A stretch of DNA of 59,182 bases, the filler included, from Porpidia crustulata (taxonomy: Eukaryota), in the NCBI GenBank assembly GCA_964255105.1. It is 3 parts of 3 records of this genome, joined end to end, with 100 filler letters (N's around TTAATTAATTAA, not from the genome) between each part and the next. Parts side by side here need not be neighbours in the genome. Positions count along the whole stretch, not along the records: positions 19,773 to 39,442 come from CAXUWE010000134.1; 2 more parts are not named here. One strand, written 5' to 3'. Of this stretch, positions 26,770 through 39,542 are shown piece after piece (the stretch's first letter is position 1; the number at the start of each line of letters is the position of its first letter). Position numbers and translations under genes: made by a program. The notes under the pieces were generated by a model, which had not been told where the DNA came from, did not search any database, and was given only the letters and a program-made list of their open reading frames with translations.

Positions 26770-27760
26770 TCGCTGACGACCCTGAGAACTCCAGGGCCAT
26801 TCTTACTGTCAGCTTCCGTATTTTGAGTCAAATCGTAAGACTCCTGATCCACCGTACTCATGGGATTATCACGAGACGGTACCTTGCTCGCTCAAACATC
26901 GCATGGTGTGACATGGGCCTTGAGAGAATCGTTTCCACAGACCCTTTTGCGTACTAGTCCATGACTTTTGAAACTCGTCCTTGAACGTCAGTGTGAGTGA
27001 TGCTTTTCTCCCAGCAAAGAGTATTGTCAGCTCGCAACTTTAGTTCATTGTTTCAAGCCATGGTGGTAATGCCAAGCGCTATCAGAGTAGTATTGAAGTA
27101 AGGTCATACGAGGTTAACGGCTCAACCACTGCGAGTACGGCCAGACTTTCGTTCATCCGTGTCGTGTAAGTTCGGAAACTTGTAGAATTTTTACATGAGC
27201 GGTTTCTGTAAATCACTGGGGACCCCGAGTAGTTCCTTTACTGAGGTCGCTATGTGCTCAGCTCGCTTGCAGGTAATCAACGATGAAAGCGTAGGAAACA
27301 CCTCGGACGCCATCAAAATTACGAAAAGCTCGGACAGAAACTGCTTACTCTGATCGTGGAACAACAACCAACAAGCAGTGGCATTGCCCAGCAAAGGGCA
27401 AAGCATAAAGAAGAAACCTGCATATAGTGGAAGCGCAGCCCAGTGCGCGAAGCACTCTTTATGACTAGACAACTTAGGTAATATCCAGAGGCGTATGCAA
27501 CTACCATAACCAACAGCACAGTGCGCTGACCAAAGTCCTGGAACCGAGTCCTTGTATAGACGTGTGAGCTGGAGGAGGCACCATCAGGAGTATAAGAAGC
27601 GATGACGGAAATTTCCATCATAGGACTCCTGGGGACAAGCGCGGAAGGGGGTTTTAAAGGTAATAATATTCGAAGTCGTTGTAAGCAGCACTATAAGGTT
27701 GTCCCCGTCCCCCGCATACAGTTGTAATTGAGAATAATATAAGAACATACAACATCCTGA
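26770..27760 (-). CDS. Possible orphan or degenerate multi-TM membrane protein
   Basis: Overlapping minus-strand ORFs (27654-27905, 27319-27621, 27191-27472) with hydrophobic stretches; no recognised motif and no clean gene model. Confidence 0.25.
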
Positions 27761-28099
27761 CTGCGTAGTATCGGCTTGAAGAATGACACTTGCGGTTCAG
27801 GTGGTACACACGTACGACAATATTTGAAGATACCCTAGACGACGTCTTGGTATCTTGAAGTTCATAGCCAGGCACTCGCATCCACGCCGTTGTTGCAAAG
27901 ACCATTGACTCGTGTCTCTGTGACTCGTTCCAAAGACCACGTTCAGACAGCGCTCAAGGATCAGACGCCCTCCCAGACTGGACTACTGGAGCGGACATCG
28001 AGATTTTGAAGTTGGGCTATTGATCCATCCGCCAGGGAAAGGCCTTGCCGTGGTTGTCCTCCATGTAAGACGCCCACAAGCTGCCTTGAGCTGACGTTT

Positions 28100-29727
28100 T
28101 CACCAAGCCCAAACCTTGAGCTATCGAAGCGTTAGCGCTCTGTGCAATGACCAATAAATGGTATGTTAATCGAAGGTGAGCTCACAGTAGAATCCCAAGA
28201 CCCGGTACATAGACTCATACCATCATTACTCACACCAAGACAGCTGACTCGATTTTCATGACCATTCAAGCTCCCTACTCGATCACCTCGGAGCACATCC
28301 CATACCTAAAGATAGATCATCAGACTACAAGCCAAATTCAACGTAGCACTACATCAGGATTTCGTTCTGGGTTCCGCTTTCGCAGGTGCATGGCTGGGGG
28401 TTCACTGACCTTGCATTCAAAATCATCGTATCCAGCGAATAGCAGCCGCCCAGAAACAGAAAAGGCGACAGATGTAATACCGCAGAGAATTTGGTCGCTC
28501 TGTCCAAAAATTCGAGTTAGCCAAGTGGCCCTCAAGTTGAGTGCTTGTGAGGATAGCATGATGTATTTCGGAGACTGAACAGCATGTGCAAGCTCGATGA
28601 TGAGGATACCAGAAAGTCCATTTTCAACGTGTGAATATACGAAATCACCAATGAAGTTGGCAGCAGAAACAGCTGTCTGAAAGGAAGCATGACATGAATG
28701 GCGCTGCAGGGTGTTCTAATGTCGGCAAAATATGGGCGACACTGGGACCAGATACGAAGAACGGATAGCTTGGAAAGGTAATTTTTAGAAAGAGACTCAC
28801 AGCGTATGTGTTCAGCTCACGGTCAGCGCGAATGTCGAAAAGCCTACAGGTGGCATCATCTGAACCAGTTCCGAAAGCCTGACCGTCCGGGAAGAACTGC
28901 ACGGCATTGATATCTGACTCATGCCCAGCGAAAGTTTGGACAGCTTTGCCTGTACGAATATCCCACAGCTTCGCGAAGGCATCGCAAGCTCCGGAAACGA
29001 AAACATTCTGGTTGGTAGGGTTGATGCTGATGCTCATAACGTCTCCTAAATGATCCGCGAATTCTGTCACCTTAGAGCCTGACTCCACGTCCCATAGCAT
29101 ACATGTCATGTCGCCAGAGGATGTGAGGATACGTCGGTCATTTATGAATCGACAGCATGACAAATATCCGGAGTGTCCAGAGAGTTCGCGGGCAACTCGA
29201 GTTGGTCCTTCGCGGGAGGAGAGGTTGTACACGGAGCAGATGTTATCAAGACCGCCACAAGCCACGTAATTGCCGCTTGGAGCGTACGCGCAAGTCATAA
29301 CCCATGAGGATCGCAACGGAATGGCATGGACTTTATTAGTCGTATATGCATCCCAAATAATGAGCTTGCCATCCTGGGAAGCAGAGACCAGATGTCTACG
29401 GTCGGTCGACCAGTGCATAGCGTATATTTTAGCTAGATGGCCTTTCAAGACCTTGCGAGATTTCATGCCAATTCGAGGTAACGCATCGGCGTTGCTCTGA
29501 GCCACTGAGCGCACTGTAGACATGTCAGCTGGGACTCTACCCTTCAGATTGAACAATCGTGGTTCTTGCGTGGCTTGAGCTACGGTTGGATGGTCTTCGG
29601 AGGCCTTACAAGACGTATCTGCGAGTTCGTCCTTCTTGCGCTTGATCTTGTCTTTGAGGCCCTCAGCATCGCGTCGGGCAGCCGCGATCTTGGCCTGCAT
29701 TTGCTCTCCAGACATGTCGGTGGACAT
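28100..29727 (-). CDS. sfaD: Heterotrimeric G protein beta subunit
   Basis: [27 protein letters not shown]40 repeats, [11 protein letters not shown]-terminal LKVWAW*; multi-exon. Confidence 0.97.
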
Positions 29728-31727
29728 TTTTGAGAGCTCCTGCTCTTCTAGCAGTGTGGGCTCAGTCTAGTGTACGACAGGGCGCCGGTTGAAGTTGGTT
29801 CGATCGGATGTGAGGACAGCTCCTGAAGAGCAAATCGCATAAAAGCGCCGACCCAAGCCTGATCAAGCCTTCAGATTATGGTACGTTGAAAAAGAGCGAT
29901 GGCACTGAGAAGATACTGGTGTCGACGCATGCGTCTCGAGTGGTCAGCTTCAATCAGATCGCTTTCGAGGTAAATTGTCCTTCGCTGCTGGTGAGGAGCA
30001 ATTGATGTTGGCCTTTGGTGCACAGTTCACCCTGTGCAAGACTACGCTAAGTGCTACGGAGAGTGGTAAACACCGAGATTGTGATTGATCTAACCCGTTT
30101 CAAAGGAATAAACGAAGGGCGGGGACCAGAAGGTGTCGTAGAGCAAAGAGATAAAGTCGTAGGCACTGTATACAGATTCTGAAGAGTTATGCTATTGGTA
30201 AAGTGACAATGGGAAGGGCAATGTCTATCTAGTCGTGGAGCTCAGTCCTATTTACACTGTACACAACTACCGTACTATGGAAATGACTACGGGAGTAACC
30301 TTTAGCCTACGGATCATGTCGTGTCTATCAGTTGTATCCTTACTTGCGCACTTAGACACAAGATAAGGTAAAGGCGAGGCTGAGATCATGAGAGCCTTGT
30401 CCCTGCTCAAGCAGACATACTTGCTGCATCTAGCCCACAGGCCAATCAGAGAATAATGCGAATGCATGAAGGGACGGTGTTGCGTCTACTGCTTCCGAAG
30501 ACCAACGAATCTTGAACCTCCACGTTCACCTCAGCCCATAAGATGGGCCGTAGAATATCAACTTATGTAAAAGGACTGAAGGCTTGGCTGTTTCTGAGAT
30601 TGATTAAAAGCCGTTCCTTCCATCCTGTTGATGGAATCCCATCTCCTTTGACTCGAACGGTATCAATAAGAGTAGAAGTAGACAAGAAATACAGTGACAG
30701 CCATTGACTCTGGCCATTACGGTATCAGGTAGTAGAGATTGAACCAGGGGAGCCATGTTCACCCACAGTCATATATCGATGCCTATCGTACGTTCTGCTC
30801 GACCACAATGCAGTTTAATGCGTATGGGGCATCTACTTGTGTACTATCAACACCATATTATTTCTCGTGCTTTACATCGTCTTGCTCATGAAGAAAGGGT
30901 ACATCAGGACCGTTTTAAATTACTGCGAAGCGCTGAGATAGAGTAAATCAATCTAAAAGTGATATTAATAATGCAAAGAATCCAACGTGACGAATGCCGC
31001 TCTCAGGTATGCCGCATCTGGACCGACTGAACGTGATCGTAGTATTGATTGACAATGTAAAAACGCCTAAAGATAGGTTTACATCTTCGTGCTTTCGAGA
31101 AATGATATAATACGGAATATATTAGCCCATTATCAGACACTGAAGAGTACAATAGATGGAGTAGCACCAAGTACTCCAACAATTAGCGCAGTCCCTTGTA
31201 CCGCCGCGCTAAATTTGGCCTAACAGCACCCAAATCTCTTCCTACCTCCTCATCGAGATATCGTCCAGCCTGACCTCATTTTTATCTGTTCCTCCATAAG
31301 TCAGCCAAGAATCACCTGTGCCTAGACCCAGTGCGTTCTCTATGTGCGTACTTCAACGATACTATTAGCCGCCGCCCGCCTGCAGTCCTCTCATCGTTTC
31401 GTGTTCCCGCTGATTGAGCTACCCCCTCAAAAAACAACCTACCCAGGAGAATGGCAGCTTCCATCTAGATCCTTGTTGTAAACAGGGAGTACACGAGTCA
31501 ATTAGACCGCACCTTCGATAAGACTTAGTATCGCAAAGTTTGAAACGAGGTGTCGGCTCTCAAGCTTCGCTGTTCAGCCAAAAATATCACCAGCGCACCA
31601 CAACACCACTGCATACAATCTTCGTATCTCTGTTTCCATCGGCATCCAAAAGAATACGGTGCGGCGGTACTTACTATATCTTGGTGATTTGGATAGCCTC
31701 GGCATAAGTTGGTTGAAGTCGGTGAAG

Positions 31728-33617
31728 ATGAGAGAAGTCAATTTTAGTATCCCAAATGTCAACAAAGCTTCCGTGGGCATCACTACTGCATTGTACGATC
31801 GTCGAGCGTTAGATTGTACTTCAACGCTACCTCTTATCAACTCACTGAATCATCTCGCATACCTAACAACCTCATCAGCTCGCATACGGGATATACTCAC
31901 TGTGGACGGCGGGGTTGAAAGACTAGTATGTATACTGAAGCAAGGCCGCAGTCAGGAGATGATGGAGATGTGGAAGTGGAATTTGGCATTCCAATGCGTC
32001 GTCAATATTGGAGTCCGAGGGTCCGAAAATGTTCGAACCAGAGTTGTGGAGGCAGACATGGTACCAGTGATTGCCACGATCCTAGATAACTACATCAAGG
32101 TAATCGACAAATGTCGGGAAAAGGTTGAGGCGGACGCACGGCGTAATGCTCTGCAAGCGCTCAATAAACGGTCGAGCAAAGCAGCCCCAAAACCGATGAG
32201 GACGGATCGCCAAAACCTGCAGGACCCCATGACTGAAAATAGATCCCCTCGCCGCCAGGAGCCTCCACAAGCCATAGACATTCCGCAAACGTTGTTTTCA
32301 CAAAGTTACCAACAGCAAGCTCAACAAAATCACCCCCCCGACAGCCTCGGGACGGACCTAACTTCCGCGCCACCTCAATTTGTCATAGCATCTCCGCCAG
32401 AAAGGAGCACGTTTGCCCGCCATCATCACCATCACCATCATTACCACCATAGAAATCAAGATGGGCGACATCAAATGTCCGGATCTATAGGAGTAGGAGA
32501 CCGCCATAATGCTATGCAGTCTGTAGCAGCAGCTGTTCCCTTCATGGATGCCGGGGATGGCTTTGGAATTCGCCCCGTAAGAGATATTGACCGACTTCCG
32601 TCAATGCTGCCAGCTTTACAAACTGGCATTACGTCACAGCCAGAGTCCCCAACTACTCCGAGTGCGCCAACAGCGCCATCTACGATTCCAAGCACAAGGG
32701 AGAGGCGGCGGCCTTCTGCTCGTCACCAACAGTCTAACTCTGGTGATTCTGACGATGCCAATGGAGAGGAAGCCGCCTCAGAGGCCTCTGCTGTAAATGA
32801 AGGTCTTGACGAGCCGATGATCGATATACAAGCCACCGTGGGCATTCAGGGGGTCGAAGATCAGGATTCCATGCTTGATGCAGTGGCTACACCATCGGAT
32901 CTCACGGTACCGAATGTCTCAGAAGGTCAGGAAGCCGAGACTTTCAACATCACCCATCGTTCGGCGATTGATGGAAGCATTATCAACGCGAACGTTACCC
33001 CCACTAACAACACTATCTTCCCACCCCCCCCTAAACCACAGAATGTAGTAAAAATAACACCACCATCCAAACCCCAAAAAATACAAGCAACGTAACTGGT
33101 CGATCGATCTGCTCCTCCTGGAATCTTAGCCGCAACCCCGCGCGATGAAGACGTTCTTATGTCACTACAACTTCTTGCCTATGTTTCCAAATACTGCAAC
33201 CTCCGGGCTTACTTCCAAGAGTCCCATCTCGTACCCAAGCTTAGGATTGGCCAGAACCTACAAATGCTCGACGAAAATCTTTCATCTACCGAACCCATTC
33301 CGCTTGACGAGTCCGATTGCGAGGAATACTTATTGCCGGATGATTTCAATATATTCCCCCTCGTCGAAAAGTTTACCGTTCGCCATCACTCCCAGGACAT
33401 GCAGCATTGGGCTGGTGTTGTGATGAGGAATCTTTGTCGCAAAGATGATGCTCGTGGAGGGATTCGCCAATGTGCGTACTATAAATGCGGCAAATGGGAG
33501 CAATGGACACGACAATTTGCCAAATGTCGTCGTTGTCGCCGTACCAAGTATTGCAGCAAAGAATGCCAAAAGAATGCTTGGGTCTTTCACCGCCATTGGT
33601 GTCAAGTCGCTACCTAA
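31728..33617 (+). CDS. samB: MYND-type zinc finger protein SamB/Mub1, with an in-frame TAA at 33093 that is probably a sequence error
   Basis: MREVNFSIPNVNKASVGITTALYDRRALDCT N-terminus; DVLMSLQLLAYVSKY; MYND finger CAYYKCGK...FAKCRRCRRTKYCSKECQ..AW..HRHWC; the two ORFs are in the same frame. Confidence 0.9.
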
Positions 33618-34273
33618 TCATGATCGACATCATATCCGTCCACCAGGCTTGTCTTGGGACTATAATGAAATTATTCCCACGCGGTTAGCGGCATTAACAC
33701 GCAGTGTCCGGCGTTTCTTCGACCTTGTGGGCGCTCTCAATCGGTTGACTGTCATCGTCTCTCATAGTAGCGTCTTTCGTCAACGAACAGCACATGGGAA
33801 CTCCCCAGCATCACGAATTGATAATTATCCCGATTGGTCTGCACGAAGCATCACGTTCCACGACTTTGTCCCATGTCCTTCACTGGCACTGCATTGGCGG
33901 TCTGGTGGCAGGCGCCAGTGGACTGGGTCTTAAATACTATTATCTGAGTACTAGCAGCTTCTCCAGGCGTACTCCGGTTTATATCTTGTTGAGTCGAAGA
34001 TGAATGTGGTCACTGTTGCCCTCTACGATTGGCGGGGGAGGGGTTCCTTATTCATCCAGGCGTACATAAATATACCTGCGCCTAGGAGGGTTCTTAGCCC
34101 AGATTCGACGACTAGTGCACGTCTAGGCCTTATTAAATATTTATGTCACTATTGCTTCTTGTACCCAATACCAAGCAATACAAAATTGCACTCTGTAGCG
34201 CCCAAATTATATGCACCTCGGTTTAGATATACCACTTTGTTGTATCTGCAATCCAACCAACATACTGCTCTGT

Positions 34274-36316
34274 TCAAGATGTTCCTAATGGGTGATCCTC
34301 GATATGCCACCCGTACGTGGATGCTAGCCTACAAATGCTTTGAGTATGGGTCTTCTGGTGCTACTGTCACCTTTACTGACCTGCTCTGGAGATGTTCAGC
34401 TGCTGTAATCACCTTGACCTTCCCCGCGTTGTTTGATAGCCTAATATCGTTGGGACGTCTGCCGTCAATCAATGCGCTTGGAACCGGTATCAATACCGTA
34501 TCGTCCGCTGGGTGGCAGAAGTAGGCTATGCTGTATCTGTCTTCTTTACTGCCGCCTGGGAGCACAACCCTGTGAATTGTACTCTTCAATAGGCTGTTCG
34601 TCCAGTGATCCAACAAGTCTCCGACATTGACCAGGATAGGTGGGACTTGGTCAGCAGCAGTGCCTTTTGGATAAACCGGCACTGTAGACCAGGTCGACTG
34701 AGGAGTAAGAATCTCTAGACCGGGTTGCTGAGGTCTTTGGAAAAGAAGTGTGAGTGAGCCTTGCAATATGCTCAGTTACAGGACGAGCCAAGAGAAGCCG
34801 CTGAGACGTAGTAAATACCATAATCACTGTGAGCACCAGCACGAATCTCGCTTTTGAGGATCTCGGTAGACGTGGGGTACTAGTTTACAATAAGAAGGGG
34901 AAAGCAGCATAGTCTATAAGGACTCGCGAATTACATATAGAAGTCGAAGAGTACTTCCCGAGGGACAATTGGAGATAGCATGTCGAGAAGAAAACCAGTC
35001 CTTCCCACCGTCGTCGGCTTGGATCTGAGTCAATTATGAACACGGTTCTTGATGATGTATGATGAAAATATTTACGTACCTTTAGGCCAGTCGCAAAAAG
35101 GCCAAGAAGCTTCATACAGAGTTCGCGACACAGATCTGCGAACTGCCTGATCTGCTCCTCACGGGTTTGCAGAGCCTCCGGTAATGGCTGCTGGGCTTTG
35201 CCTGCGACGAACTCACCAATGTTGAAGGCTCTGAGTAGCGTGAGCGTTGGATCTACCAAATCTTGAATGGGGGCCACTATAACTCCTTATTATCTCCCAC
35301 CTTGAAAATCAATTAGTACGGGCCATAATAAGCTTTTTCTAAGAGCAAATCGGTACAAAGTATCATATTCAATCGGCAATGAAGAAATAGCCACCTTCTG
35401 GGTAGTGTGGAAGTAGCTCTGGTTTTTCTCTCTCTTCATATTAATGTGCGTATGCAGCCTGGGGCTATGAAGGACGGTGTTAATCAGATAGAACATTTTC
35501 TGCATGTACATGATTTCCAAATGAAATTTACGTTAGTCGATATTGTATAGCTTAAGCTAGATGAGCTTTTTGACGTGATGTGTGTCCCCCTAGGGCTAGA
35601 GGGGCATTCGACGTTTAGCCACCTAATTAGCCAATAAAGTTAGATAGGCTACTTCTCGTTAGATGTGCCTCCCCGAGCTGTAAGACGACCTGAAGTTTGG
35701 CCTTCTGGGATTAGAAGGCAACCTCGAGTCTAGCCATCCAGCAGTCAGAGCTAGATGGGCTTCTTGTCGTATTATGCGGCCCCCTAGGGCTAGGAGGTAG
35801 AAGTAGCTCTGGATAAGAAGGCCATACCTCGGACTGTTCATAAATCCGAATCTGCACAAAATCGAAAACACCTACTATCTAGTGTAGTGGCAATGACCGC
35901 GAATGAGATATACTAATTACCTTCTGATGCTCAGGGTCTAATATCTCAGAACCCTTTGAGGACCATCCCTTATTCTAACATATGGTAGCGAAGTTCGCTG
36001 CAGAAGATAGGTAGGGGATCCCTACATCAGGCCCGATTGCGTAATGCATTTTTTCTTCAAGGGGTGATTGAAAAAATCCACGAGACCGTTGAAGGGATCA
36101 GCAATCTTTGAGGAAGCCTAGTCAAAGCTAGGCCTTAAGTCTTACCATATCAAATATGCATTTGATGACTTCAGGCGTAAAACCAGACCCTGCACTCTTG
36201 ATATACACAAAACCCCACCGCGACGTAGCCTTTACGAGGTCATCGCCCGTACGTTTGGGAGGGTTGGAGAGATCAATGACTGGAAGTTGGAGTACATCGC
36301 CGTGCAAAGATGCCAT
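34274..36316 (-). CDS. Fe(II)/2-oxoglutarate-dependent oxygenase (IPNS/DIOX family)
   Basis: LPVIDLS...WGFVYI, RAGAHSDYG, LVNVGDLL..WTN..LKSTIHRV, RYSIAYF, EHLQSR|LASTYG; long intron 35920-35301. Confidence 0.88.
35423..35799 (-). mobile_element. Short non-LTR retroposon (5'-truncated LINE or SINE) in an intron, with 13-bp TSD
   Basis: gaagtagctctgg duplicated at 35410-35422 and 35800-35812; degenerate A-rich tail on the minus strand; 3' end matches 39385-39441. Confidence 0.8.
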
Positions 36317-36740
36317 AGTAGGAACAGACTCTCGCGGTACAACAGACGATGTCAGTAGCTACGGGAAGGAGATATTGTTGTGGTAATGGGGAGTTTATTA
36401 TGTGCCTTAGATACCTCAAAAGAGCACCGAGACCCGATGACCCACGTACAACGTAAGCGCCGCTTCATCGCTTGAAGCACTCTTGGCAGTTAAGCTAGTA
36501 GCGGACCGAGCCGATTCGGTTCTTAGCTGCCGGCCATCTACCGAACGAGCGCTTCGGCTATTCTACCTAGGTAGACGATTCTTTGAAAAGCCCCCTAAGC
36601 TCTGAACTGCTGTATTCCCAGACTGCCAGCATCTTGGGTGTAGATTTCAGATGCTCTCCTATCCATCAGCACATACAGTGATTTATCCATGCCAATTGTC
36701 TCCAAGGGCCATTCCCGGTGATTCATGACTTTTGCTCAGC

Positions 36741-39302
36741 ATGGGCAGTAAGTCAAGGTTCATGACCCTTTGTCCTCTTGAATGCTCACTTTACTCCCAA
36801 GTTCCAGCTTTCGACCAATGGGCGGCGCCTCTGGCAAGATCAATGCCACTGAGTAATTTAGAGAATGCCATTGTCGGTGTTGATGCCGCCCACTATCTCG
36901 ACAGCTTTTTGGCACCGCCAGTTAAAGAACCTCTCCTTTCTGCGCTGGGTGGATTTCCGTTGGCGCTTGAGCAGGCAATAATTAAAGATTTGAAATCTCT
37001 GCGAGCGTCAGGCTTGAAGCTCCATTTTGTTTTCCATGGGCTGAATCACGGCACCGTGGATGACCCTTTCGGACCATCAATAATATCAGCCCAGGCAAAT
37101 GCTGCCGCGTTCAAGACCTACGATGCTGATATGGCAAATGATGCAATCATTGAGTTCAAGAAGACTGGTCAGACAATGCGTCGCTAGTATAGAGAATTGG
37201 TGAGCTTGCTAATATAGTACAGGTTCTCCAACTTCTGCAATCTTGGCCGAATTTTTAAAGAAGATATTGCATGAGCAGGATATAACTTATATTGTCGCAC
37301 CATATAGTGCTTTGGCTCAGGTGAGGCTTCAAAATGTCTTGACTTTTAGTTATTAACAATACCCAGCTTGTGTATCTCGAAGACCACCCGAAACAGTTTA
37401 TAGACGCAATCTATGGGCCATCGGAGCTCTTCCTCTACGGCGCTGACAAAATTATCACTAGATTCAAGACTTCCTACCAGACAACTGAGGTCTTAGAGAA
37501 AGGCCACAGCAAAAAAGTTTCGCGCTTCAGCCTCGAAGACTCCTGGTTTCAGTGGATTGATCGTCGGAAATGCATGGAGGAGCTTGGAAGAATAGGTCTC
37601 GGTGTCTTCACAGATGCTTGTTTTCTTGCAGGTTCAAGGCTGCTGATGACCTTTCCCCCGCTGATAAGCCTATCGGTATATCCTAAAGGATTCACTATGA
37701 AAGATATTGTCAGCCTGATCTTGTCATGTGGCCATAGTGTTTCGCAAGTTTGTGCGCAGTATTCTAATGATGCCGCGGTGAAATCCCTTGATTACCTCGA
37801 CAGGTACAAACGGGCAGCCACGAGCGTGAAATACCACATTGTCATCACCGCCGAAGGAGATATACAACCCAGGGATAAGGAGCATGCTCCTCACGACTTG
37901 AACAGCTGCATTGGCAATCGTTTACCTGAGGAGCTGAATTTCTACCTATCGCGGGGCTTGCTCCGCCCTCGCGTACTCAATTGGCTTACTTCCGGTCAGA
38001 TTCTCCTGGACGCTCCTTACGATGGTGGAGACAGCACGGAGTATCAGAACCTCGCCAAGAATCAATTGGAAGCCATGAGGACCCAGGCAATTAGCTTACT
38101 TGCCGATTCCCTGCACCGGTACTACCAGCGAAAAGAACTCTCAACAAGGGTGTGGTTTGACATGGAGTACAAGGCCAAGACTAACGTCAAAGATTTCCTG
38201 CCTTCAGACAAGGACCGTATATCAGAGTGGAATGTGAAAGGTGATATGATAACAGGGCAACGGCGGAAATTAGGGGCAGCTTCCGAAGACTTGTTACCTG
38301 GCTCCCTCTCATTTGCGGTCCGAAGCTTGGCCGACCCAGCATTTGCCTCAAAAACAATAACGCCAAGATTAAAGGGCCTGGATAATTTACTTAAGACACG
38401 CCACGAGATCGGTGCAAATGCCGTTTGGCGCTTTCTCCAACTTCGCGGTTACATAAATAGGAAGCACCAGCTAACAGGTTGGGGCAAAGTTCTTGAAGCT
38501 GCATTGCCCGCTTCCGCCACAAGGCGAGAGCTAGAGGAGGCGACATTCATTGCGATTGAACTATTGCGCCATGACCTACTGAATGCTAACACAATGTTCC
38601 CGGACAGCTCGGGTGCCCCATTGCGTGGCTCAGGTAATCTATCACCATGAGTCTATTTGACGACAGAGCTTAACTATTGGTAGAGGTAGACAAGCGCAAC
38701 TGTATGCTAGTTTCTCGAGTTGCGTGTTTGGGCAAGATTCATCACCAGCCGAGAGGATATAGTGGCCCTCTGAGCCGGCATATGCTGTCTTACTACTCGG
38801 TCATCTCAGCGCTGCAGGCTAGCCTTCGCGATCTGGCCGAAATGAGTATTGCCACTATGTTCCTAGAAGGTTATGTCGAGAGAGATCGTGATGACTGGAT
38901 GGATCTGTCTTTAAGGTATGGGCACCTAGACTATTTGTAGGTTCGTCCTGTCTGACCTGTCGCAGTCTACCATTCTACGAAGAGCATTCCTGTGCACTGG
39001 GTGTAGTGGTTATGACCTATCTTGACGAGCTATCTGGACGTGAAACCCCGACGTTCGAGGATACGCGGAACGAAATGAAGACAAAATGTCAGACCTGGGT
39101 TGAGTATTGTGATCTGCCTGGAAGTTTGAACGATGCTTTCCAATTATGGGATGCGGTATGTAGTGCTCAAACGATGATTGACTTTTATGAGCAATTACTT
39201 AATGTATACCAGGTTTTCAGAGGGGTAAAGGCGGCTGAGAACGAGGTCATGGATGATGGGATGTGGATCGAAGTAGACCAATGGCTTTTTCAGCGAAGAT
39301 AA
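36741..39302 (+). CDS. MKT1: Mkt1 (XPG/PIN-like post-transcriptional regulator)
   Basis: IVGVDAAHYL..KEPLLSALGGFP, VAPYSALAQL.YL, IGNRLPEELNFYLSRGL, WRFLQLRGYI, GYSGPLSRHML; multi-exon. Confidence 0.88.
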
Positions 39303-39369
39303 CGCTACATTCGATACACCGCGGTAACTAGCTGTAAATTGAACCAAAATCATCCACAGCCCGCACAAG

Positions 39370-39442
39370 TTTTTTTTTTTTTCTTTTTTCATTTTTACGT
39401 GCTTATGCAGCCTAGGGCTATGAAGCACGGTGCTATCTAACA
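39370..39442 (-). mobile_element. 3' end and poly(A) tail of a non-LTR retroelement running into the gap
   Basis: Minus strand reads ...gcaccgtgcttcatagccctaggctgcataagcacgtaaaaatgaaaaaagaaaaaaaaaaaaa, homologous to the 3' end of the 35423-35799 element. Confidence 0.75.
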
Positions 39443-39542
39443 NNNNNNNNNNNNNNNNNNNNNNNNNNNNNNNNNNNNNNNNNNNNTTAATTAATTAANN
39501 NNNNNNNNNNNNNNNNNNNNNNNNNNNNNNNNNNNNNNNNNN
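39443..39542. other. Assembly gap with artificial TTAATTAATTAA linker
   Basis: Same 100-nt N-linker-N structure as 19673-19772. Confidence 0.97.

Noticed and set aside
32421..32450. His tract in samB (and the acidic tract in eEF3 near 17085-17128)
   Set aside because: Ordinary coding low-complexity runs
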